NCBI RefSeq assembly: GCF_000981785.2
Contig: NZ_CP011304.1
Location: forward strand, 2,550,001 to 2,582,000
Source: Microcystis aeruginosa NIES-2549
GTDB taxonomy: Bacteria > Cyanobacteriota > Cyanobacteriia > Cyanobacteriales > Microcystaceae
Direction of reading: 5' to 3'
Length of the DNA stretch: 32,000 nucleotides
Part shown: in pieces, positions 25,438 to 32,000 of the stretch
Position numbering within the stretch: the first letter of the stretch is position 1
Layout: the number at the start of each line of letters is the position of its first letter
Notes under the pieces: model-generated
Told to the model about the DNA's origin: nothing
Databases searched by the model: none
Seen by the model: the letters and a program-made list of their open reading frames with translations, nothing else
Translations under genes and position numbers: made by a program

Positions 25438-26685
25438 CTACCCCTGCACCACCTGTTTAAGGGTGGTAAAGGTTTCTAGGTTGATTAACCCCCGGCGCTG
25501 ACCTTTTTGGTTGGAAATGCCCAAAAATACCGATTCTCCCTGTTTGGGATTGCGATCGAATCGGGGGGAAGAATTGATATAAACTAAAGCACTATCGGAC
25601 TCCATGGCGAATTGACGACTTTCTCGATAGGATTCGGTGACAATACAATCGGCATGACCGCTACTATACTTATTAATCCAAGCGATCGCATCAGTGAGGG
25701 TATCCACTAACCTAAAGGCCACCGTTTTTTCTAAATAGGGTCTTTGCCAATCATTATCGGTGGCAATGGTTAAATGTTCGGGAAAATCCGCCGCTAATCG
25801 GGTATCTCCCCGCAATTTAAAGCCTTTTTCCTGCAAACTTTTAAACAAACGACTTAACGTCGAAGAATTCTGATGGGGACTAATTAAAACTTTTTCGATC
25901 GCGTTAACCGGATCTGGTATGCTGCCATGACTATCGATAATTACCTGACGGGCTAACTCCAAATCGCCACTAGGAGACCAATACAAATAACAGTTTCCCA
26001 TGGCCGCACGCAAAACGGGAACTGTGGCCAATTGACTCACCTGACCGATTAAACTGGGGCGACCGTAGGGAATAATCAAATTAACATAATTTTCCTGGGT
26101 CACCAACTCCTCTAGGGAGGGACTAGAATCACAGGGTAAACCACTAACACAATCCATCGGTAAACCCACATCTTGCAATGCTTCTTGGATAATTTCCGTA
26201 ATCACCTCATCGGAATGACTAGAGGCATTGGAACCACGAATAATCAAACTATTGCCACTTTTTAGGGAAAATCCCGCCGCTACCATCGCTAATTCGGGAA
26301 AACCTTCATAGACTAAGGCAATCACTCCTAAGGGCATCCTTTGGCAATAGGTTTGGGAAGGATTGAGTTGATAGGCGGCGTTAATTACCTGTTGCAGCGG
26401 ATCCGATGCTTCCGCCAGTTGTTGCAATACCTCCACCGTCGTCTCTAAACGTTCGGGAGTTAACCTTAACCAGCGAATCATTTGTTCTGAGACGGCCATC
26501 TCTCGACTGACTTCTAAATCGAGGGTATTGGCTTCTAAAATGCGATCAAAGCCAGTTTTAATGCCCTTAGCGATCGCGATTACTCCGCGATTTCTTTCAT
26601 TGCCATTAAATTGACCTAGAGCCAGAAAAGCATTATATGCTTGCTTAAAGATCGTCAGGGGGTTTTTCGGGGAACTTTCGATCAT
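25438..26685 (-). CDS. glutamate-5-semialdehyde dehydrogenase (ProA)-like paralog lacking the catalytic cysteine
   Basis: 415 aa, colinear with E. coli ProA as I recall it (LRLTPERLE, DPLQQVI, GHADCIVT, VYINSSPRFDR). At the ProA nucleophile position the sequence is PDPVNAIEKVLIS, whereas ProA has PSTCNTVETLLVN. LIIPYGRPSL replaces LIPRGGAGL. Confidence 0.8.
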   Translation of the reverse strand: MIESSPKNPLTIFKQAYNAFLALGQFNGNERNRGVIAIAKGIKTGFDRILEANTLDLEVSREMAVSEQMIRWLRLTPERLETTVEVLQQLAEASDPLQQVINAAYQLNPSQTYCQRMPLGVIALVYEGFPELAMVAAGFSLKSGNSLIIRGSNASSHSDEVITEIIQEALQDVGLPMDCVSGLPCDSSPSLEELVTQENYVNLIIPYGRPSLIGQVSQLATVPVLRAAMGNCYLYWSPSGDLELARQVIIDSHGSIPDPVNAIEKVLISPHQNSSTLSRLFKSLQEKGFKLRGDTRLAADFPEHLTIATDNDWQRPYLEKTVAFRLVDTLTDAIAWINKYSSGHADCIVTESYRESRQFAMESDSALVYINSSPRFDRNPKQGESVFLGISNQKGQRRGLINLETFTTLKQVVQG

Positions 26686-26695
26686 AGATTCTTGT

Positions 26696-27103
26696 CTAGC
26701 GTCGATAGGCTAACCAAAAGATTAACGCGGGCAAAATAACTAATAGCATAACTAGAATTGCCCCAAAAATCACGCTTACCCCCGGCGGTGATTTTAAAAT
26801 TAACGGTAGCCAGACGATCGATAATAACAGAATTATCCCGATCATCAGGGGTAATACCTCTTCCCCAAGTCGCTTATTCGTACTCACCCAACGAAATCCC
26901 GTCCAGCGCCAAGTGCGTTTATAGGGATAGTGGGGGGCTAATTGTTCGATAATTTGACCGTTTTCCTGTACCACAAATATTTGTTGACAGCGATCGCAGC
27001 CAAAGGCATCGGTCAATAAAATTGGGCATAATGTCCCTTTCCGACGACAGGGACACGGGTAGTCTTGGTGTTGGTCGATTTTGGTATATTTATGCGGTCG
27101 CAC
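26696..27103 (-). CDS. small membrane protein with an N-terminal Cys4 zinc-ribbon-like motif
   Basis: 135 aa with a GTG start. It has CPC...C...CDRC in the first 40 aa and two hydrophobic helices at the C-terminus. Its stop lies 10 nt before the ProA-like start. Confidence 0.65.
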   Translation of the reverse strand: MRPHKYTKIDQHQDYPCPCRRKGTLCPILLTDAFGCDRCQQIFVVQENGQIIEQLAPHYPYKRTWRWTGFRWVSTNKRLGEEVLPLMIGIILLLSIVWLPLILKSPPGVSVIFGAILVMLLVILPALIFWLAYRR

Positions 27104-27273
27104 AAGCTAAATTTTGTTTATAAACGGTTGTTTTTAGTCGCTCGTGGTCAATAGCTAAGGGATTCAACGGTTGCCCAAAATCCTGAAACCTGTTTCTCAC
27201 GGGTAATTCCCATCTTAAGGGATATCCCTAAATTATTCCTACCAATCTTAAGGTCTATTTTAAGATTTTTCCA

Positions 27274-27345
27274 AGCGGGCAACGCGATTCGAACGCGCGA
27301 CATTCACCTTGGCAAGGTGACGCTCTACCACTGAGCTATGCCCGC
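27274..27345 (-). tRNA. tRNA-Gly (anticodon GCC), no encoded CCA
   Basis: The reverse complement folds as acceptor GCGGGCA/TGCCCGC, D arm GCTC-AGTGGTA-GAGC, anticodon arm TCACC-TTGCCAA-GGTGA, T arm GCGCG-TTCGAAT-CGCGT. The discriminator T is followed by TGG. Confidence 0.92.
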
Positions 27346-27417
27346 AAGCCGTTTTTTTCACACTTACCTGAGTATGCCAAATCTCAGAGCATTTGTCAAG
27401 TAGTTGGGAGCATTTTT

Positions 27418-27738
27418 TTACAATGATTCATCTTCTGGCAAATCCCCCAAACCCGTAATAGCTTCGAGAACCACTTCTATCTTAGCCTGTAGTCGGTTGA
27501 ACTGATGTTCCAAGCGATCAAAACGCTTGTCAATGGCGGCGAATTTTTCAGCCACTGTGGCGAATTTTTCAGCCACTGCGGCGAATTTTTCATCTATATG
27601 CCGTTCCATAGCGTCAAAAGCTTCCGTAATCCGCCCCTCTGGTTCCAAATCTAATTCCAGAGTCTTGATTCTCTCGACAGCGTTGACTAATTGCCGTCTG
27701 AGTTGGTTAATATATTTGTTCTGTTCGGCTTCGCTCAT
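27418..27738 (-). CDS. small coiled-coil hypothetical protein with an internal heptad duplication
   Basis: 106 aa, heptad-rich. It contains DEKFAAVAEKFATVAEKFAAIDKRF, encoded by a 21-bp tandem repeat. Confidence 0.6.
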   Translation of the reverse strand: MSEAEQNKYINQLRRQLVNAVERIKTLELDLEPEGRITEAFDAMERHIDEKFAAVAEKFATVAEKFAAIDKRFDRLEHQFNRLQAKIEVVLEAITGLGDLPEDESL

Positions 27739-27795
27739 CAGTGGAACTCCGGGGGAGTGGGGACACCTAAAACCCTAAATTCTGGGGGAATTTTG

Positions 27796-28341
27796 TTAGC
27801 CTTCCATCAGTGCCTGTTGGGGATTATTTTGCAATAATTCTAGGGGTTTATCTTCATCCCGGGGGCGCAATTGACGCATGAGACTAGCCATTTCTAGGGC
27901 AGATAGGCCATAATTCCAGCCCAAATTACTTTTAATACCGGCTCGTTCGAGAGCCTGTTGTAGAGTATCAGTGGTGAGAATACCGAAGACAACGGGAACA
28001 CCTGTCTGAAAAGCGGCCGCAGCGATGCCCTTAGCGGCCTCGGCGGCAACGTAATCAAAATGGGGCGTTTGGCCGCGAATAATTGCCCCTAGACAAATAA
28101 CGGCATCGTAACGGTGGGAAAGGGCGACTTGACGGGCTACCATTGGCACTTCAAAGCTACCCGGTACCCAGATATAATCCACTTGAGTGCCATCGGGATT
28201 GACATCAACCCCGTGACGCTTGAGACAGTCTTGACAGCCTGATAACAGTTTATCAGTGACGAGATCGTTAAAACGACCAATCACGATCGCAAACCGCCAA
28301 GAGGATATATCCTCGGTAAAATTTCCCTCAAAAACAGTCAT
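27796..28341 (-). CDS. ribH: 6,7-dimethyl-8-ribityllumazine synthase
   Basis: [45 protein letters not shown]...VPGSFEVP...[14 protein letters not shown] are typical RibH blocks. ATG 28339-28341 was chosen as the start. The 33 upstream codons of the tracked ORF are a translation of the (CCCCACA)n repeat. Confidence 0.92.
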   Translation of the reverse strand: MTVFEGNFTEDISSWRFAIVIGRFNDLVTDKLLSGCQDCLKRHGVDVNPDGTQVDYIWVPGSFEVPMVARQVALSHRYDAVICLGAIIRGQTPHFDYVAAEAAKGIAAAAFQTGVPVVFGILTTDTLQQALERAGIKSNLGWNYGLSALEMASLMRQLRPRDEDKPLELLQNNPQQALMEG

Positions 28342-28343
28342 AA

Positions 28344-28462
28344 GGTGTGGGGTGTGGGGTGTGGGGTGTGGGGTGTGGGGTGTGGGGAAGTGGGGTGTGG
28401 GGTGTGGGGTGTGGGGAAGTGGGGGAAGCTGTCTCATCACCCTATCACCCTATCACCCTATC
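28344..28462. repeat. (GGGGTGT)n microsatellite plus (ATCACCCT)x3 octamer repeat filling the psbZ-ribH spacer
   Basis: At 28344-28428 there are about eleven GGGGTGT-type units with two GGGGAAG variants. ATCACCCT occurs three times at 28436-28459. Confidence 0.9.
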
Positions 28463-28491
28463 TCCTCCTGTCTCCCGTCTCCTGATCAAGA

Positions 28492-28680
28492 CTAAATCAC
28501 TAAAAAGTTTAAAATAGCGACGGCAACCACTAAAATTGCCCAAATTGCCGAACCCACATAAAGAAGGGGTTTCGATTGATCCCAGTTTTGGGGGGAAGCA
28601 TAGGCAACGGGGACACCAATCACCATCAGCAAGGAAAATAAAACTAGGGCAATGAGAAAAAATTGAAAAACAATAGACAT
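28492..28680 (-). CDS. psbZ: photosystem II reaction centre protein Z (Ycf9)
   Basis: 62 aa with two transmembrane helices. [33 protein letters not shown]...LNFLVI matches PsbZ in length and pattern. An SD-like TAGGAGAA lies upstream. Confidence 0.92.
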   Translation of the reverse strand: MSIVFQFFLIALVLFSLLMVIGVPVAYASPQNWDQSKPLLYVGSAIWAILVVAVAILNFLVI

Positions 28681-29050
28681 GATTGGGTTCTCCTAAAGCA
28701 GTTGATCTTTATCTAGACAATTCTCCCAGATTTGATACTTGTATGGAAGAGCCTCGCTTCCACTCAACTTTAACTGGACGATCCTTCCTCTAAGTCCTGC
28801 CTGAATCAGGGTTTACAAGGAGATATGCCCGTCAGACCGAATCCACGAGCATTTTAATTTTACTCCTAGTGACTACCTAGCCGCAGCGGGGCTGAAAACT
28901 TTTTTCCATTGTCTATCCTTGCCAAAAGCAGCAGGGCAAGGGTTAGGTGGGGGAATTGACTCCCTGTAATCCCTTACTCAGATTAGCCTATTTTCGCGTT
29001 TTCGCCAAACCTAGTCTAGAAAGGTCTCCAGACTGCTGAACTGCTAAAAG

Positions 29051-29500
29051 CTAATGGTTGAGGCCCCCCAAACGGATGCCGGCGCCAAAAATGACGAATA
29101 ATACTGCTAGAGTGGTGACGGCGACTATGTGCAGAGCGAGGAAATTTAAGTTTTCCTTGCTCAGTTTAGGGATGAGAAAAAAGCGGGAATGAAGGGCTAA
29201 GATGAGAGTTAAGAGCAGTAAAGCCAACTTAATTCCTATATAAACCGATAAAAAACTATCAAATGACCAAAAATCACGAAAACTGGGCAAATAAATCCAA
29301 GTCAGTCCTAGGCCCGTTATTACCTGCAACAATAGCGCAGATAACCCAAAACCTTCAAAATATTGCTCAAATTGACGAATTCGGTCTGGTTCTCGGTTTT
29401 TGAGGGCCTGGGGTAGAACGGTGACTGCCAACAATAAATGGCCACCGGCCCAGACGGTCGCCCCTAGGGTGTGGAGAATTACTAAAATTTTGAACAACAT
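29051..29500 (-). CDS. integral membrane protein, CopD-domain-like
   Basis: 149 aa with four predicted transmembrane helices. The N-terminus LHTLGATVWAGGHLLLA is typical of CopD-like proteins; this assignment is from memory. Confidence 0.7.
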   Translation of the reverse strand: MLFKILVILHTLGATVWAGGHLLLAVTVLPQALKNREPDRIRQFEQYFEGFGLSALLLQVITGLGLTWIYLPSFRDFWSFDSFLSVYIGIKLALLLLTLILALHSRFFLIPKLSKENLNFLALHIVAVTTLAVLFVIFGAGIRLGGLNH

Positions 29501-29613
29501 CGGTTTCTCTCAGTCAAGATTTGCTAACTTATAGTTCTTGACCCGGTTATTGCCGAGCATTTAGTAACAATAGATACAGAAAAAATCCCGATAACTTCTC
29601 CTTACTAAAAAAT

Positions 29614-32000
29614 ATGGATTTAATTTTATGTCATCAAACGGCGGATTTTGACGCTTTGGGGGCAGCGGTGGGTTTATCGTTGCTGAAAGCGGGTAGTCGC
29701 ATTGTGTTAACGGGGGGAGCGCACCCAACAGTGAGGGAATTTTTAGCCCTGCATCGGGATGAATTCGCTTTAATTGAAATGCGTAGTGTCAATCCGTCCC
29801 AGATTCGCTCTTTAATTATCGTTGATAATCAGTGGCGGGAGCGTCTGGGAAAAGCTTCCCAGTGGCTCGATTTAGGGCATTTACAGGCGATCGAATTGTA
29901 TGATCATCATTTGGATAGTGAAAGCGATATTCATGCCTCTAGCGTCCATTTAGAGGCAGTGGGAGCCACCACGACTTTAATTGTCGAAGCTTTACAAAAA
30001 GCCCAGATTAAACCAAACTCGATGGCAGCGACGGTAATGGCGCTCGGTATTCATGTTGACACGGGTTCCCTGACTTTTGCCGGTAGTACCCCCAGGGATG
30101 CCTATGCTTTGGCTTGGTTAATGACCTGTGCTGCTAACATTAAAACGATCGCCCAATACTGTCAACCGAGTTTTTCCCCGCGCTTACAGGAGTTATTTAG
30201 CCTTGCTTGGGAAAATCTAGAGATTAAAACGATCCATGACCGTAAAATCGCCCACGTTCTCCTCCATACTGCCGATTTTATCCCCGGTTTGTCTAGTGTA
30301 GCCGAGCGCCTAATGGAATTATCCGATAGTGATGCGTTACTTTTCGGCCATAGTTATAGTAAAGACGAGGAAGATAATTCCCGACAGCGTTTAACTGTGA
30401 TCGGTCGCGCTAGGATCGATGGAGTGAATCTATATCGGCTTTTTTCCCCCTATAACGGCGGTGGTCATGCTCAGGCCGCTTCGGTGAGTTTTCGCGATGT
30501 TCAGCCAGTTCAACAGTTAAACCAACTGCTGGGGGACTTAATTGCTCAAATTCCTCCTTCTCCCACCGCTAGGGATTTAATGTCTTCCCCGGTGCGGACA
30601 ATTCGTCCCGATACTTCCATATCTCAAGCCGAGCGCATCCTTTTCCGTTACGGCCATTCGGGGTTATCAGTGGTAGATGAGCAGGATCGCTTAGTTGGGG
30701 TGATTTCTCGTCGTGACCTCGATTTAGCTCTCCATCACGGCTTTTCTCGCTCTCCCGTGAAGGGATACATGACTTGTAATCCGAAAACTATTACCCCGGA
30801 CACTTCCCTTCAGGAAATCGAGTCGCTGATGGTAACCTATGATTTAGGGCGTTTACCTGTACTAGAAAACGGGCAGTTAGTCGGTATCGTCACTCGTACA
30901 GATGTATTAAGACAGATTCATCAAAATGAGCGGGTGCGTTTTGAAGGGGTTGCTTTGGTTTCCTGTCTTTTACCGACGATTAAAGAGCGTTTAGAGCCGG
31001 TTTTATGGTCATTCCTGCAAGCTGCCGCCGCTGCCGCTCAACAACGGGGTTGGCATCTCTATCTGGTTGGGGGTGCGGTGCGCGATTTACTTTTAGCGGC
31101 AGAAAGGGATACTTTATTGTTACAGGATATCGATTTAGTGGTGGATGGCTGCCATCGCGCCGCCGGTGTGGGTGCGGGGGTAGAATTGGCTAATTGTTTA
31201 CGCGAAATTTATCCGGGGGCCCGGTTATCGATTCACGGGGAATTTCAGACGGCGGCTTTGTTATGGCACAAAGATGAGCGTTTTGGCTCGTTATGGGTGG
31301 ATATCGCCACGGCACGCACGGAATTCTATCCCTATCCTGCCAGTAATCCCCAAGTGGAGGCTAGTTCGATTCGACAGGATTTGTATAGAAGGGATTTTAC
31401 AATTAATGCTCTGGCAATTCGCCTAACTTCGCCGAAAGAGGGGGAATTACTCGACTTTTTTGGTGGTATGTTGGATTTACGCGCTCAAGAAATCCGGGTT
31501 CTCCACGCTAATAGTTTTATTGAGGATCCGACGCGCATCTATCGAGCGGTGCGTTTTGCCACTCGGTTAAGATTTGTTATTGAACCCTTGACAGAAAGCT
31601 ATATTAGGTATGCGATCGAAAGTGGGGTTTATGATCGCTCGCGGCAAGAAAATCAGAATGCACCCGCTTTACAGTCCCGTTTAAAAGCGGAGTTGAATTA
31701 TATTTTAGAGGCGGATTACTGGGAAAGTGCCTTAGCAAAGTTGGCTGATTTGGGGGCTTTGCACTGTTTACACGGGGATTTAAGTTTAAATCGGGCTTTA
31801 TGGCGACAATTGCGCTGTCTCAGTCGTTGGTTAGATTGTTTAAGTCTGGAATTGCCGGTGAATGCTTGGTTAATGCGGTTGGAATTATTAATCGCTTCTC
31901 TGGCTGTGGGGGAAAGAATAGCGATCGCTAATAATTTACAATTGCCCAAAGATACAGTGGAGCGTTTACAAAAACTAGAAGTTATGGAAAGGGAGATTAG
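29614..32000 (+). CDS. multidomain DHH/DHHA1 - CBS pair - tRNA nucleotidyltransferase (CCA-adding / poly(A) polymerase family) protein; 3' end lies outside the window
   Basis: The frame from ATG 29614 stays open to the window end, so it is absent from the ORF track (no stop). [20 protein letters not shown] and LYDHH are DHH motifs. [11 protein letters not shown]...[17 protein letters not shown] is a CBS segment. [13 protein letters not shown]...DIDLVVDG...RRDFTINA is the nucleotidyltransferase head. Confidence 0.88.
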   Translation, partial: MDLILCHQTADFDALGAAVGLSLLKAGSRIVLTGGAHPTVREFLALHRDEFALIEMRSVNPSQIRSLIIVDNQWRERLGKASQWLDLGHLQAIELYDHHLDSESDIHASSVHLEAVGATTTLIVEALQKAQIKPNSMAATVMALGIHVDTGSLTFAGSTPRDAYALAWLMTCAANIKTIAQYCQPSFSPRLQELFSLAWENLEIKTIHDRKIAHVLLHTADFIPGLSSVAERLMELSDSDALLFGHSYSKDEEDNSRQRLTVIGRARIDGVNLYRLFSPYNGGGHAQAASVSFRDVQPVQQLNQLLGDLIAQIPPSPTARDLMSSPVRTIRPDTSISQAERILFRYGHSGLSVVDEQDRLVGVISRRDLDLALHHGFSRSPVKGYMTCNPKTITPDTSLQEIESLMVTYDLGRLPVLENGQLVGIVTRTDVLRQIHQNERVRFEGVALVSCLLPTIKERLEPVLWSFLQAAAAAAQQRGWHLYLVGGAVRDLLLAAERDTLLLQDIDLVVDGCHRAAGVGAGVELANCLREIYPGARLSIHGEFQTAALLWHKDERFGSLWVDIATARTEFYPYPASNPQVEASSIRQDLYRRDFTINALAIRLTSPKEGELLDFFGGMLDLRAQEIRVLHANSFIEDPTRIYRAVRFATRLRFVIEPLTESYIRYAIESGVYDRSRQENQNAPALQSRLKAELNYILEADYWESALAKLADLGALHCLHGDLSLNRALWRQLRCLSRWLDCLSLELPVNAWLMRLELLIASLAVGERIAIANNLQLPKDTVERLQKLEVMEREI

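Noticed and set aside
27796-28440. The 214-aa version of ribH, with the N-terminal extension [22 protein letters not shown]...
   Set aside because: The extra 33 codons are a read-through translation of the (CCCCACA)n microsatellite. The canonical RibH N-terminus (MTVFEGNF...) begins at the internal ATG 28339-28341.
28681-29050. Possible structured ncRNA or riboswitch in the 370-bp spacer upstream of psbZ, including the hairpin CCTTGCC-N11-GGCAAGG at about 28917-28941
   Set aside because: I recognise no known RNA family (6S, FMN, etc.). The region is most simply the psbZ promoter/5' UTR plus the 3' end of the CopD-like gene. This is left for an Rfam scan.
24055-31949. ORFs at 24055-24252, 24876-25067, 26758-26952, 27527-27778, 28256-28495, 31005-31193 and 31716-31949
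   Set aside because: Each is antisense to or out of frame within a supported gene (TrpD-like, LysR, the membrane protein, the coiled-coil protein, ribH/repeat, the CCA-enzyme fusion). Several are translations of repeats, for example [12 protein letters not shown].

Overview
This is a cyanobacterial chromosomal window. The evidence is abundant HIP1 octamers (GCGATCGC), a fused panC/cmk gene, psbZ, and heptanucleotide STRs such as (GGGGTGT)n. Composition and repeat types suggest Microcystis, but I cannot verify this without a search. Most of the window is housekeeping: panC/cmk, a HAD hydrolase, two tRNA-Gly genes with no encoded CCA, a GNAT, a PEP-CTERM GDSL esterase, malQ, argF, rnz, a group-2-like sigma-70 factor, a LysR regulator, ribH, psbZ and a DHH-CBS-CCA-adding enzyme fusion. 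Four things stand out. (1) A 1078-aa tubulin/FtsZ-superfamily protein has a long helical body and a C-terminal zinc ribbon, and its start lies 2 nt after the rnz stop. (2) At 15.7-21.3 kb there is a degraded locus of unknown function. It holds a 33-codon gene stub, an about 1.65-kb IS with hairpin ends and no target duplication, a 5'-truncated large-protein remnant (GGYHP motif region) and an intact 630-aa partner ORF with no recognisable catalytic motifs. (3) An inverted pair of an about 185-bp dispersed repeat brackets the 13-kb segment that contains both of these. (4) Two enzyme paralogs lack canonical active-site motifs: a ProA-like protein with Cys->Val and a TrpD-like protein without GTGGD/KHGNR. 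All product calls rest on motifs I recognise in the supplied translations. No database search was run.
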